Source: Candidatus Aminicenantes bacterium | Lineage (GTDB): Bacteria > Acidobacteriota > Aminicenantia > UBA2199 | Direction: 5' to 3' | DNA length: 64,000 bases | Assembly: GCA_011772425.1 (NCBI GenBank) | Contig: WVZO01000485.1 | Span: forward strand, 40,514-104,513 | In this document: in pieces, positions 8,471 to 22,400 of the stretch | Layout: every line of letters begins with the position of its first letter | Numbering within the stretch: position 1 is the stretch's first letter | Program-made: the position numbers and the translations under genes | The notes under the pieces: generated by a model | Seen by the model: the letters and a program-made list of their open reading frames with translations, nothing else | What the model was told of the DNA's origin: nothing | Databases searched by the model: none

Positions 8471-10432
8471 GAAGAGAAAGAACAGGTGTTATTTGATTTT
8501 AATCATACCGACATAGTCTATCCAGAGGATAAAAAACTGCATGAGCTATTTGAGGACCAGGTAGAAAAAGCACCGGATCGTATTGCCGTCATATTTGAAG
8601 ATAAATTCTTAACCTATAACCAATTGAACCGGAAGGCGAATCGATTGGGACGGCTATTGAGATCAAAAGGTGTAACGTATGATACGATAGTAGGGATAAT
8701 GCTGGAATCTTCGTTAGAGATGATCATCGGAGCCCTTGGGGTTTTAAAGGCAGGGGGAACGTATCTTCCAATCGGGCTTGATTTTCCGGAAAGCAGGATA
8801 AATTTTATTTTGAATGACAGCGGCGTAGATATCCTGGTAAATAATGGGAATCGGGGCTTTGAAGGATTTATCTCAACAGTCATCGACATTTATGATGATG
8901 CAATCGATCCGGAAGACCACCGGGATCTTGAAATTGAAATGAAAAATGCGAATAAAACCACCCATGCCGCGTATGTTATATTTACCTCCGGTACAACGGG
9001 AAAACCCAAAGGTGTTATCGTGGAGCACAGAAGTGTAGTAAATACCCTTTTTTGCCGGAAAGAAGAATATAAGATGAATCCGGAAATTACTACTTTGCAA
9101 TTGTTTTCATTCACCTTTGATGGTTTTATTACAAGTTTTTTTACTCCCATCATTTCAGGTGCAAAAATTGTGCTCCTGAGTGAAATTGGAATGAAAGATA
9201 TAATAAAGATAAAAAATGCCCTCACATGTCACCAGGTCAATCATTTTATTAGTGTTCCCTCCCTATATCACGTCATAGTTGAGAGTCTTACTAGAGAAGA
9301 GGCCTCTTCATTAAAGATTGTTACGCTGGCGGGAGATCATGTATCGCCAAATATATTGGAAACAACAAAAGATAAAAACCCGAAAATCGAAATAGTGAAT
9401 GAGTACGGAATTACCGAAGCAGCGGTAATGTCAACCATTTACAGGCACCAGGAAAAAGAGACTCAAATAAAGATAGGAGAGCCCATAGGAAATACTAGGA
9501 TTTATATAATAGATGGACATTATCATTTGCAGCCGATTGGAGTCCCCGGAGAATTATGTATTGCCGGTGTTGGCCTGGCACGGGGATATTTAAACAAACC
9601 GGAATTGACAACGGAAAAGTTTGGAAAAGCTGTCATTAGTCATTTGTCATTAGAGACTGGTTCTTTTTATAGCTCTCAAAAAACCAATGACCGGTGTCCA
9701 ATGATCAATGCCAAACTGTATCGGTCCGGTGACCTGGCCCGGTGGCTTCCTGACGGAAACATCGAATTTTTAGGCAGGAAGGATTACCAGATTAAAATAA
9801 GGGGTTACCGGATCGAATTGGGGGAGATAGAAAATCAACTGCGAACCTATGATCCGATAAAAGAAGCTGTTGTTTTAGCAAAAGAAAACAATCAAGGAGA
9901 AAAATATCTGTATGCTTTCCTCTTGACCGATAACGAAAGCAATATAAAAATTGATGTTTCTGCCCTCAGACAATATTTATCCAAGAAATTACCTGATTAT
10001 ATGATTCCCGCATATTTTCTAGAAATCGATCAAATACCCTTAACTCCCAATGGCAAAATTGATAACAGAACGCTGTTGAATCTTAATGAAGTGATTGCTG
10101 AAGCAGAATATGTAGAACCTCGAAACGAAACCGAAGAGAAACTGGTTCAAATTTGGAAGAATCTACTGGACACCCAAAGGATTGGCATAAAAGATAATTT
10201 TTTTAATATTGGTGGAGATTCGATAAAATCTATACGGTTAATGAACTTAATAAATGAAGAATTCAATAAGAAATTTGAATTGGCAGATATCTATGAAAAT
10301 GAGACCATTGAAAAACTTGCAGAAAAGGTACAATTGATACAGGATAAGGAGATGATAGATTCCTCTGATAAATATAAAGAGTCTTTAGAAAGAATGGAAG
10401 AAGTAAAAAGCAAATTTATGAAGGAGATTTAA
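7721..10432 (+). CDS. g3 NRPS, C-half / A / T
   Basis: The ORF track starts at ATG 7682, inside g2. I prefer the in-frame GTG 7721, which has GAGGTGA at 7709-7715 and lies after the g2 stop at 7707. The N-terminus ..SLKERKYWQERLSGQL.. is only the C-terminal half of a C domain. A cores: LKAGGTYLPIG, YVIFTSGTTGKPKG, NEYGITE, GELCIAGVGLARGY, YRSGD, PNGKIDNRTL. T: GGDS at 10211-10222. Ends ..MEEVKSKFMKEI, with no DF-type tail. Confidence 0.9.
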   Translation: MEYIKTPEAAAIAANQSLKERKYWQERLSGQLVKTAFPTDYKKPGKKGRESLHFTLTGELFSNLMKLRNGSDHRMLMIFAAGLVALLGKYTGNKDILLGIPVDRQSIEGEFINRALVLRNVIEDTMTFRELLLQVRQTVVEAIENQNYPIEILLDDLGFEVAGSEEGFPLFDIAVVIENIHDKSYIQHINMSMVFFFSRTEQCVKGVLEFDSSLYKHTTIERIVDHFTHLLKQVLANVHCQISDVDILSEEEKEQVLFDFNHTDIVYPEDKKLHELFEDQVEKAPDRIAVIFEDKFLTYNQLNRKANRLGRLLRSKGVTYDTIVGIMLESSLEMIIGALGVLKAGGTYLPIGLDFPESRINFILNDSGVDILVNNGNRGFEGFISTVIDIYDDAIDPEDHRDLEIEMKNANKTTHAAYVIFTSGTTGKPKGVIVEHRSVVNTLFCRKEEYKMNPEITTLQLFSFTFDGFITSFFTPIISGAKIVLLSEIGMKDIIKIKNALTCHQVNHFISVPSLYHVIVESLTREEASSLKIVTLAGDHVSPNILETTKDKNPKIEIVNEYGITEAAVMSTIYRHQEKETQIKIGEPIGNTRIYIIDGHYHLQPIGVPGELCIAGVGLARGYLNKPELTTEKFGKAVISHLSLETGSFYSSQKTNDRCPMINAKLYRSGDLARWLPDGNIEFLGRKDYQIKIRGYRIELGEIENQLRTYDPIKEAVVLAKENNQGEKYLYAFLLTDNESNIKIDVSALRQYLSKKLPDYMIPAYFLEIDQIPLTPNGKIDNRTLLNLNEVIAEAEYVEPRNETEEKLVQIWKNLLDTQRIGIKDNFFNIGGDSIKSIRLMNLINEEFNKKFELADIYENETIEKLAEKVQLIQDKEMIDSSDKYKESLERMEEVKSKFMKEI
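8500..10075 (+). other. g3 A domain; code DGTITAEVMK (9/10 to the Tyr signature DGTITAEVAK as I recall it)
   Basis: FDGFITS.., ..VNHFISVPS.., ..VTLAGD.., NEYGITEAAVMST, NGK. Confidence 0.6.
9632..9652 (+). repeat. In-frame tandem heptamer GTCATT[A/T] x 3 in the A6-A7 loop of the g3 A domain
   Basis: gtcatta gtcattt gtcatta, followed by the direct repeat CCAATGA at 9684-9690 and 9698-9704. The loop is ~32 aa here, against ~12 aa in g1. Confidence 0.7.
10421..10426 (+). promoter_or_regulatory. Shine-Dalgarno site of g4, inside the 3' end of g3 (translational coupling)
   Basis: AAGGAG, 7 nt before ATG 10434. The g3 stop is at 10430-10432. Confidence 0.75.
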
Positions 10433-10433
10433 A

Positions 10434-13400
10434 ATGGGCATTGAAATTGATAAAAATAATATAGAAGATGTCTATTCCATGAGCGATATTCAAAAAGGCA
10501 TGGTCTATCATTCGTTGAAAGATGCCCATGCCCATGTTTATCATAATCAAACGGTTTATCAATGGAAAGATAACGAGTTTGATTCGGAAACCTTAAAGAA
10601 AGCTCTTATGTTAATGGTGGAAAAACATCCAATATTGAGAACAGGTTTCCAGGTGTTTGATTTTGAGGAGCCGATTCAGATTTTATTTAAAAGAATTTCC
10701 TTTGATATCCAGCATAATGACTTATCACACCTGGATAAACCGGAGCAAAACGAATATATTAATAAAGCCTTGGAAGATGATAGGCAACGGCCTTTTAACT
10801 TATCCGATACCGGGCCTGTTTGGAGAATAAAGACGTTTACTCTTGGCAATGGAGATATTTGTTTGGTATGGATATGTCATCATGCCATAATGGATGGTTG
10901 GAGTTCTGCTTCTTTTGCAACTGAATTGTATAATACGTATTCAATGTTAAAAATTGATCCGAATTTTGTACCGGTAAAGTTGAAAAGCACATATAAGGAT
11001 TTTGTAATCGAACAGGATGTGGAGAAGAGGAAGACAGAAAATATAGAGTATTGGAGGAAAGAATTACAGGATTATAAAAGACTGGACTTTCCCGGAATAC
11101 CTACTGACAGTATTGGTATTAACCGTGGAAGATATGAAGGCAGAAGGAAATATTATTCAAAGAAATTAGGTGATCAACTTTTTGATGAACTGAATAATAC
11201 TGTAAAGAAACTCAATACATCCATAAAGAACATATGTTTTGGAGCATATATTCATATGTTAAATATGCTCACTTATGAAAATGATCTCGTGGTTGGTCTG
11301 ATTACTCATAACAGGCCTGTATGTAAAGATGGGGATAAGATATTGGGATGTTTTTTGAACACGGTGCCTTTTAGAATGAAAATTCCCATGAATATCACCT
11401 GGTCAGCTTATATGAAACTTATCGATAATAAACTAAGGGAATTATCAAAGTATAACAAATTTTCACTTCTTGAGATCGTTAAAATTATTGGTGATGAATC
11501 AAAAGACAAGAATCCCATATTAGATACTATATTTACCTTTACCGATTTTCATGTTTATAATCAATTAGATGAGGGCAATTTCAATAATACAAGCAATACA
11601 CTTTCATTGGATTCGCAGGCGAGAACCAATACATTATTTGATTTTTTTGTGACTATTACCTCCGGTGAGTTTAGATTTGCAGCTTCTTATACAGATTATA
11701 TAATCAGCGATAAATTAGTGGCTGATTTATTTGTTTGTTTTGAGAATGTTTTAAATAACTTTATTTCAAGGCCAGGGATTCGCATTGATAATAAAGACGT
11801 AATGCCAGTTGAAGAAAAGCAAAAGTTGTTAAATTACTTTAATGATACCAAAGCGGACTACCCCCGGGAGAAGACGATTCATGAACTGTTTGAGAGGCAG
11901 GTAGAGAAGATTCCTGATGATAAAGCTGTTTTATTTGGGAAGACCGCGTTAACATATAGAGAATTAAATGAGGAATCGAATCAATTGGCCCGGATATTAA
12001 AAAAGCAGGGTATCAGAGCGGAAGGCATTGCTGCGATGCTTATGGAGCGGTCGATTGAAATGATAATCGGAATACTTGCAATTTTGAAGGCGGGCGGTGC
12101 ATATTTACCCATTGATCCTGAGTATCCTGACCACCGAATACAATTTATGCTGGAAGATAGTGGGTCAAAAACCTTATTAACCTCGCAAAAAATCAAATTG
12201 CCTCTCTTTTATGAGGGGAATAAGATCATTATTAATGACGGGGAAATACAAAAGGCAAAAAGGAGGGAGGAAGTGTCGAATCTTGCCAATATCAATTCCC
12301 CAACCGATCTTGCGTATATTATCTATACTTCCGGAACCACAGGTCATCCCAAGGGAGTTATGATTGAGCATAGAAATGTTGTCCGGTTAATGGTCAATGA
12401 CAAAAACGTGTTTCACCTTAGTCGTTTCGATGTCTGGACAATGTTCCATTCCTATTGTTTTGACTTTTCCGTATGGGAGATGTATGGTGCCTTACTATAT
12501 GGTGGGAAGCTGATCGTCATTCCCGGTATGGAAGCCAGGGACCCGGGAAAATTTTTAAAAATACTAAAGCAAGAAAAAGTCACAATATTAAACCAGACAC
12601 CTTCGGCATTTTATAATTTAATCGATGAAGAGATCAAATATGAGCAAAAGGACTTAAAGATTCGGTATGTTATTTTTGGAGGAGAAGCCTTAAAACCTGC
12701 AAAATTAAAACCCTGGAAATTGAAATATCCCGGGACACAACTTGTCAACATGTTTGGTATAACAGAGACGACGGTTCATGTAACCTATAAAGAGATAACC
12801 GATAAGGAAATTGAATTTGATATATCCAACATAGGTAAACCCATACCCACCACCTGCTGCTATGTATTGGATTCCCACCGGAAATTATTGCCCGTCGGTG
12901 TGGCAGGCGAATTATGTGTTGGTGGAGATGGGGTTGGGAGGGGATATTTAAAGAGAGACGAATTAACCCGGGAGAAATTCATCAAGAATCCCTTTAAAAC
13001 GGGGGAAAGATTGTATCGGTCAGGAGATTTGGTCCGGATGCTGGAAAATGGTGAAATGGAGTACCTTGGTCGACTTGATCACCAGGTACAGTTAAGAGGT
13101 TTCAGGATTGAGTTGGGAGAAATAGAAAGCAGGCTAATAAAATGCGATGAAATCGATGAGGCAGTCGTAATTGCGAGAGAAAATGAAATGGGAGATAAAT
13201 ATTTATGTGCCTATTATGCCTCCAATCATGAACTGGATGTAAAAGGATTGAGGGAATATATAGCGAAAGAACTCCCCTCTTATATGATCCCCTCCTATTT
13301 TGTTCATCTGGAGAAGATACCGCTGACTCCCAATGGTAAGATAGATAGAAAAGCGCTCCCGGATATCAGTGGAATTATAGTGAATGAATTCATAGAACCG

Positions 13401-16400
13401 AGAAATGAATTGGAGAAAGAACTGGTAGATATATGGAGAAAGGCGTTAGAAATAGAAAAGGTTGGTATAAATTCCAGTTTCTTCGAATTGGGTGGCGATT
13501 CTATTCGGGCCATTCGATTGATAAGTCAATTAAATAAGCAATTGGATACAGATATATCAATTGCCGATTTATATACCCATGAAACCATTGAAATGCTGTC
13601 AAATAAGATTTATCAAAGCAAAAATGAGAAAGCGGACAAAGTAAGAGAAAAGGTTTTAAAAGAAATTGCCGATCTAAAAGCAAAGGTTCTTTTAGCACAC
13701 CGGGATGCAGGTAATATTGAAGATGTATATCCAATGACTGCCATCCAACAGGGGACGGTATTCGATTATATTAAGGGCAGTGAGTTCGGAGTATATCACG
13801 GCCAGTTTCTTTATCCAAAAGTTTGTAAGGATTTTGATCCGGGGAGATTTAAACGGGCATTGACTTTAGTGGTTAAAAGACATGAAATACTGCGAACCGG
13901 CTTTAACGTGGATGATTTTGAAGACCCAATTCAAATTGTATATAAAACGGTTCCACTGAATTTCAATTATACCGATATTTCTCACCTGGCACGAAAGGAA
14001 CAGGAAGAGTATGTTAAAGAGGAGATGAAAGCTGATTTACAGCGGCCTTTTAATGAAAAAATTTCTCCATTATGGAGAATGCATGTGTTCATAATTGACC
14101 AGGATAATGTTATTCTTTTGTTTGTTTGTCATCACGCTATTTTGGATGGTTGGAGTAAAGCCTCTTTAATGGTGGAACTCCATAATACTTACCTCGAACT
14201 GGAAACAAATCCCGGTTTTATCCGTGAAGAATTAAAATGTACTAATAGGGATGTGGTGATAGAAGAAATTATTGAAAAAAAGTACCAGGAAAGAGACATA
14301 AATTATTGGAAGAATGAGTTAGAGGACTATCAAAGGCTGGACTTTTCGATATTTTGTTCGAAGAGGAGAAAGAAAGGTTTGATGAAAGTTCATTATAGAG
14401 AAGTTCTGGATCCAGATTTTTTAAAGAAGCTGGAGAACACCGCCCAAAAATACAATACCTCCTTGAGAAGTTTAGCTTTTGGGGCATATGTTTACACATT
14501 AAATATGATGTTCTATGAAAATGAAATTACTGCAGGTTGTGTTACCAATAATCGGCCTTTAATTGAAGATGGTGAAAAAGTATTTGGGTGTTTTTTAAAT
14601 ACGATCCCGGTTAGAATAAAAATTATTCAAGGAATAAGATGGTCGGATTACATATCTCTCGTAGAGGATAAAATGGCGGAAGTGAAGGGGCATGACAGGA
14701 TATTTTTATCTGAGATTGTAAAGGTCTTGGGGGAAACCACCAAAGATAAAAGTCCTTTCTTCGACACGATATTTAACTTCGTTAATTTTTACGTATATGG
14801 GCAATTAAAACCACAAGAGCATCCTGTTCCGGACTCAATTCAACAAATGAGCATCTACCGTGAAAGTAATTCAACTACCAATACTTTGTTCGATGTTGAA
14901 TTAAGTATTACTTACGGAAGAATAAGATATCATGCCAGGTACAGTTCAGATATGGAAGAAGAGCTTGCTGTAAAATTTTGTACCTTTTATGAAAGAGTTT
15001 TAAATAAGTTCATAAATGAACCTGAAAGGATGATTAAAAAGGATGAGATCATTACCGATGAAGAAAGACAGAGACTTTTATATGATTTTAATGATACAAA
15101 AAAGGATATAGTCCGCGATAGATGTTATAACCATATTTTTGAAGAGAATACAGCTAAATTTCAAAATAAAATAGCGGTTGTCCATAATGGCAGTCAGAGA
15201 ACATACAAGGAATTAAATGAAAGTGCCAATCGTATTGCTCATTATCTTATCACTCAGGGTATAGAAGCCAATGATATAGTTGGCATATTCATGAAAAGAG
15301 GAATAAATATGCTTGCCTCCATAATAGGGGTATTTAAAGCCGGTGCAGCATATTTACCCCTGGAAGTTAATTATCCCCAGGAGAGGATAAAAAATATACT
15401 TGAGGACAGCAATACGAAACTATTAATTACTGAGATGGATAACCTGGAAATTTTTGACAAAATACAAAAATCGCTCCCATGTTTAAAAGAAGTGCTGTGT
15501 TTGGAGAATAGTGAGACCGCCGACAGCCTGCTATCCGGGTATCCTGCAATTAACCCGGGGATAAATTCTAATACGGGTTTCCTTGCTTATATGATTTACA
15601 CATCGGGAACCATGGGTAAACCCAAAGGTGTAATGATTCATCAATTGGGAATGATAAATCATTTGTATGCTAAAATAAGTGATTTATCAATCACGGAACG
15701 GGATATTGTTGCACAAACTGCTTCAGCATGCTTTGATATATCGATCTGGCAGTTTTTAGGGGTTTTATTAGTGGGAGGGAAGGTCTGTGTCATTGATAGA
15801 GAAATTGTTCTTAATCCCCAAAAATTGTTAGAAGAACTTCAAGCTGAAAAAGTTACCATTTTTGAGTCTGTTCCCTCGTTAATGAAAATATTTTTAGAGA
15901 TGGTTAAGCAGGAAGAGAATCGTGGACTTAACGACTTAAGATGGATGATACCTACCGGTGAGTCCCTTGGTGTATCATTGGTTAGAGAGTGGTATGAACG
16001 GTACCCGGTTATAAAACTTATGAATGCGTATGGCCCTACAGAATGTTCGGATGATGTGACCCATTATGTTATAAATGAACTACCTTCGGAGGAGCAAATT
16101 ACTATTCCCATTGGAAAGCCTCTGCAAAATCTTCATGTTCACATATTGGATAAAAATTTATCTTTGTGTCCGATTGGAGTACAGGGAGAAATATGTGTAG
16201 CCGGCATAGGTGTCGGAAGGGGTTATAAGGACCCTGCAGCAACAGAACGGTATTTTGTTCCCAATCCATATTTTGAGGAATATAAAGACTCTGACTATGC
16301 CACATTGTATAGAACGGGAGATATTGGCTATTATAGAGAAGATGGACTTGTTGAATGTTTAGGCAGACTTGATTATCAGGTAAAAATACGGGGAAATCGG

Positions 16401-19400
16401 ATTGAGCTTGGAGAAATCGAAAGAGTCTTACTGGGACATAACGAAGTAAAAGAGGCGGTGGTATTAGTTAGAGAGAATGAGAGTGGTAATAAATACATAT
16501 GTGCATACATTATTGGTAGTTGTGATATTGAGCAATTCAATTTGAAAAATTATTTGAAGCAAGAATTGCCGGACTATATGATACCTGAATACGTTGTGCA
16601 GCTTGAGAAGATACCCTTAACTCCCAATGGAAAAATAGACCGGAAAGCATTACCGGAACCCGAATTTAGAACCAGCGAAGAATATATTGGTCCCCGCAAT
16701 CTTACAGAAATGAGATTGGTGGAGATTTGGGCGGATATACTTAATGTTAACAAAGATAAAATTAGTATAGATGCAGACTTTTTTGAGATGGGCGGCCATT
16801 CTTTAAGAGCCACAATCCTGGTTAATAGAATACACAAAGTATTCAATGTAGAAATACCGATAAGGGAAATTTTTACCCATCAAACCGTTAGTGAGATGGG
16901 AGAATTAATCGATAATTCGGAAAAAAGCATCCATTCAGCCATAAGAAATGTAGAAAAAAGAGAGTATTATCCTGTCTCTCCCGCACAGAAACGGCTGTTA
17001 ATTCTTAATATATTGGAGCAAGCGTCTACGAATTACAATATATCCGGGGCCGTAATAATAGAAGGTGACCTGGATTATAATTGCCTGGAAAATGTATTTA
17101 AGACATTGATATCCAGGCATGAGGCTTTCAGGACTTCATTTTTCTTCAGGAATGAAGAGCCCGTGCAGCAGATCCACGATGATGTTCCCTTTTCAATAGA
17201 ATATATAAAAAAAGATACCGAAGAAGGTGAAAGGAGACAAGAAACAGGTAAGCAAACACAGCACCGCATCAAAGAATTTATAAGGCCATTTGCATTGGAC
17301 AAAGCTTCTTTATTAAGAATAGGACTTATAGAAATTGAAAAAAATAGACATATTTTAATATTCGATATGCATCATATTATCACGGATGGAACATCATATG
17401 CTCTATTGGTCCACGAGTTCATTGATTTATATTGTGGAAAAGAATTGCCGTGGTCAAAAATAGAGTATAAAGATTTCTCAGTGTGGCAAAATGAATTATT
17501 AAAGAAGGGAATAATAGAAAAACAAAAGGAATATTGGCTCAATATTTTTAAAGGAGATATCCCGGTACTTGAGTTGCCGGTTGATTACCCAAGACCAGCT
17601 GTCCAGAGTTATGAAGGAGCCACTTATAGATTTGAAATCGGGGAAGATGAAACTGCCGGGTTATATAAAGCAGCCTTAGAAGAAAACGTAACTCTATTCA
17701 TTGTGTTGCTTGCAGCATATAATATACTATTATCAAAGCTTAGCAACGAGGAGGATATTATAATAGGGACCCCCATCGCTGGCAGAAGGCATGCGGATCT
17801 GAATTCCGTTATAGGAATGTTTGTCAATACCTTAGCTTTAAGAAATTTCCCATCGGGAGATAAGTCCTTCAGGGATTTTTTAAAAGAAGTAAGAGAAAGC
17901 ACGATAACTGCCTTTGACCACCAGGATTACCAATTTGAGGATTTAATCGAGCAAGTTATGGTTACCAGGGACACCGGGCGCAGTCCTCTTTTTGATGTCA
18001 TGTTTGTGCTGCAAAATATGGATTTCAAGGAAGAAACGATTAGCGGTTTGATATTTAAGTCATATGAATTTGAAAGTGTTACCTCGAGGTTTGATTTGTT
18101 GTGGATAGTAATGGAATCTGAAAATAAGCTCTTTATTTTAGTTGAGTATTGTACGAGACTTTTCAAAAGGATTACCATAGAACGATTTTCCAGGTATTTG
18201 AAAAATATCATATCATACATAATAGAAGATTCCGCAAGAAAACTTTCAGAAATTGATATAATAACAGAAGAAGAAAAAATGCAGTTACTATGTGAATTTA
18301 ACGACACCCGGGCAGACTATCCCGTTGATAAGACCATTCATGAATTATTTGAAAAACAAGCGAAGAAAACCCCTGATAAAATAGCTCTATCCTTCACAGA
18401 TAGACAAATCTCCTATGAAAACTTAAATTCAAACTCGAATAAATTAGCAAGCCGATTAAGGAGAAGGGGAATAAAGCAAGATACTATTGTCGGTTTAATG
18501 GTGAAACGCAGGTTGGAGGTTATCGTAGGAATACTTGGAATTTTGAAGGCGGGAGGAGCATATTTACCCGTGGATCCCGAGTTCCCGGATGAAAGAAAAA
18601 AGTATATTCTCGAAAATAGTAATGTATTTATGTTGTTGATAAATTATGAATTGGCCCCCGTTTCTATCCCGGATAATATTGAAATAATAGATATTAGAGA
18701 TGTAATCCTATATCCAGTAGAAGGGGATTTGGGGAATTTACCATATGAAAATTCTATAGAGAGTTTATTATATTTAATCTATACCTCTGGCTCAACAGGT
18801 AAACCTAAAGGAGCAATGCTTGAGCATAAGAATCTTGTTAATCTTATACAGTTCCAATACCACCATACCGGCATTGATTTTTCTATCGTATTACAATTTG
18901 CCTCTATAAGCTTTGATGTTTCATTCCAGGAGATATTCTCAACACTCCTCTATGGAGGAAAGCTAATTTTAATAAACGAGGATACCAGGAAAAATGTCCC
19001 GGAATTGTTTAACTGCGTTGAAATAAATGATATAAAGACTCTATTCCTGCCAACATCGTTTTTGAAGTTTTTAATTAACGAAAGTAATTATATTGATATT
19101 CTACCTGAAAATTTAAAACATATCGTCACAGCAGGAGAACAATTAATAATAACAGAGAGATTCAAAGATTATCTAAAAACCAACAATGTATATTTGTATA
19201 ACCATTATGGGCCAAGTGAAACACATGTGGTTACGGCTTTAACATTATCACCTGGAGAAGAAATCCCGGAAATTCCTTCTATCGGTAAGCCAGTCAAAAA
19301 TACAAAAATATACATATTGGATAAGGAGAAAAAGCTGCAGCCGCTTGGTGTAATCGGAGAAATATACATCGGAGGTGACCAGGTAGGAAGAGGATATTTT

Positions 19401-22400
19401 GGAAAAAGTGAATTAACAGCAAAAAGATTTATTCCCGATCCCTTCGCACCGGGGAAAAAGATATACAAAACGGGTGATATCGGCAAATGGTTACCAGATG
19501 GAAATATTGAATTTCTAGGAAGAAATGATTTTCAAGTGAAGGTGAGGGGATATCGAATAGAATTAGGAGAAATTGAGAATCAACTCATTAATCATAGCGA
19601 GATAAATCAAGCGGTAGTAATTGTAAAGGAAGGGGATAATCATAACAGGTATTTATGTGCCTACTATGTATCAAGCACTGATTTGGCTATTTCCGAAATA
19701 AGATCATATTTATCGTCAAAACTGCCTGATTATATGCTCCCTTATTATTTTGTTCCCATTGAAAGGTTACCTTTAACTCCCAGCAAAAAGGTAGACCGCA
19801 AAGCATTACCCGAGCCTGAGTTCAAAGCAGGTACGAAGTATATTAAGCCGCGCAATCAAACAGAAATGAAACTGGTAGAGATCTGGTCGGATATACTTAA
19901 CATTGAAAAAACTGAAATAAGCATAGACGCGAATTTCTTCGAGCTGGGTGGACATTCTTTAAAAGCCACTATTCTTGTTGCCAGGATACATCAAAAGTTC
20001 GATGTAGAAATACCCATGATGGATATTTTTAGCCATCAGACCGTTAGAGAACAGGGAGAATTAATTCATAATTCAAAAAAATCGATCTATTCATTAATAA
20101 AAAATGTGGAAAAAAGGGAGTATTATCCTGTCTCACCTGCTCAAAAGCGGTTGGTATTTCTTAACCTGCTGGATCAAGAAGCAACCAATTACAATATGCC
20201 CAGAGCAGTAATGATAGAAGGAGATTTGGATAATGAACACATGGAAAAGGTTTTTAAAGCACTGTTATGGAGGCATGAAGTCTTCAGAACCTCTTTTAAA
20301 CTGGTTGATGATGAACCCGTTCAATATATCCGGGACAATGTTCACTTTTCAATAGATTATAAAGAAATAAATACCCCAGGAAATGAGCAAGAAGCAGACA
20401 ACCAGGTGGGAGATTTGATTAAAGAATTTATAACACCCTTTGATTTAAGCAAAGCTCCCTTATTAAGGGCATCTCTTTTACCTATTGAAGAGGATAGACA
20501 TCTCTTGATATGTGACATGCATCATATTATTTCGGACGGGACATCGATAGCCATATTCATTGGGGAATTTATTGATTTGTATAATGGGAAGCAATTAGAC
20601 CTGTTAAAAGTACAGTATAAGGACTTCTCAACATGGCAAAATGAATTACTGAACAGAGGCACAGTGGAAAAACAAAAGGAATACTGGCTTAACATTTTCA
20701 AGGGAGTGATTCCGGTCCTTGAGTTACCCCTTGATTACCCAAGACCGCTTTTGCAAAGCAATGAAGGGATGATTTATACATTCGAGATAGGGAAAGAAGA
20801 AACCGCCGGTTTAAAACGGATAGCATTGCAAGAGGGGATAACTTTGTTTATTGTATTGCTTGCAGCCTATAATATATTATTTTCAAAGCTCAGTAATCAA
20901 GAGGATATTATAATAGGTACGCCAATTGCTGGTAGAAAGCATGCAGACCTGGAATCTCTCATTGGAATGTTTGTAAACACTGCAGCACTAAGAAACTACC
21001 CCGCCAGGGATAAATCATTCAAGGATTTTCTAGAAGAAGTAAAGGAAAACACAATAGCTGCATTCGACAATCAGGAATATCAATTTGAGGATTTAATCGA
21101 AAACGTTAACGTTAATAGGGATATGGGTCGCAATCCTATTTTCGATGTAATGGTGGTGCTGCAAAATACGGATTTTAGCAAGAAATCGATTCCTGGGTTA
21201 ACATTTAAACCATATGAATTTGAGAATAGCACCTCGAAGTTTGATTTGTTGTGGGAAGGAATAGAGACTGAGAATAACCTCTTTATATCCATCCAGTACT
21301 GTACAAAACTTTTCAAAAGAAGCACAATAGAAAGGTTTTCCAGGTATCTGAAAAATATTGTTTCCTCCATAATAGAAAACTCCGTGAAAAAACTTGCAAA
21401 AGTAGAAATAATAACAGAAGAAGAAAAAAGGGAAATATTATGTGATTTTAATGATACACAGGCGGAATATCCCGAAAATAAGCCCCTTCACGAATTATTT
21501 GAAGAACAAACCGGGAAAACTCCGGGTAATATTGCAGTGACGTTTAATGATGAACAGTTAACCTATAAAGAATTGAATAATAGGTCTGATCAATTGGCAC
21601 ATTTAATGAGGAAAAGAGGGATAAAGGCAGATGAAATAATTGGTATTATGATGAAACGTTCGTTAGAAATGATGATTGGGATTTTTAGTGTATTAAAGGC
21701 AGGAGGAGCTTACATGCCAATCGATCCCGGTTATCCCCAGGAGCGCATAAAGTATATATTAGAAGATAGTGGTACGAAATTAGTGCTTACTCGAAAGCAG
21801 TCTAAAGAAAAAGTACTTGATACATGTGAGTCTGTTGATTTGAAGAACCTTGATTTAATTGCATATAAACTGGGGAATTTAGAAAATAAAAATACAAAGG
21901 CCGCAGAAAATCTGGCTTATGTCATATATACCTCCGGTTCGACCGGTAATCCCAAAGGAGTATTGATTGACCATTATTCGGTAGTGAACAGGTTAAACTG
22001 GATGCAAAAACAATTTCCTATAGATGATAGAGATACATTATTGCAAAAAACTTCTTTTACTTTTGATGTTTCAGTATGGGAAATATTCTGGTGGGCTTTA
22101 GTAGGAGCGAAAGTATGCATGCTAATTCCGGGCGGCGAAAAGGATCCGGCCCGGATAGCAGATACAATAGCCAGGAAAAAGGTATCAATTATTCATTTTG
22201 TGCCTTCCATGTTAACTCCTTTCATGGAATTCATTAAAGAAACCGGTAAGACAAAAAGTATTTCAAGTTTAAGGCAGGTTATTGCCAGTGGAGAAGCCTT
22301 GACATTAGCGCAGGTTACCAGGTTAAATGAACTATTGTACAATCAAAATTCTACCAAACTTGCTAACCTGTATGGACCCACTGAAGCAGCGGTTGATGTG

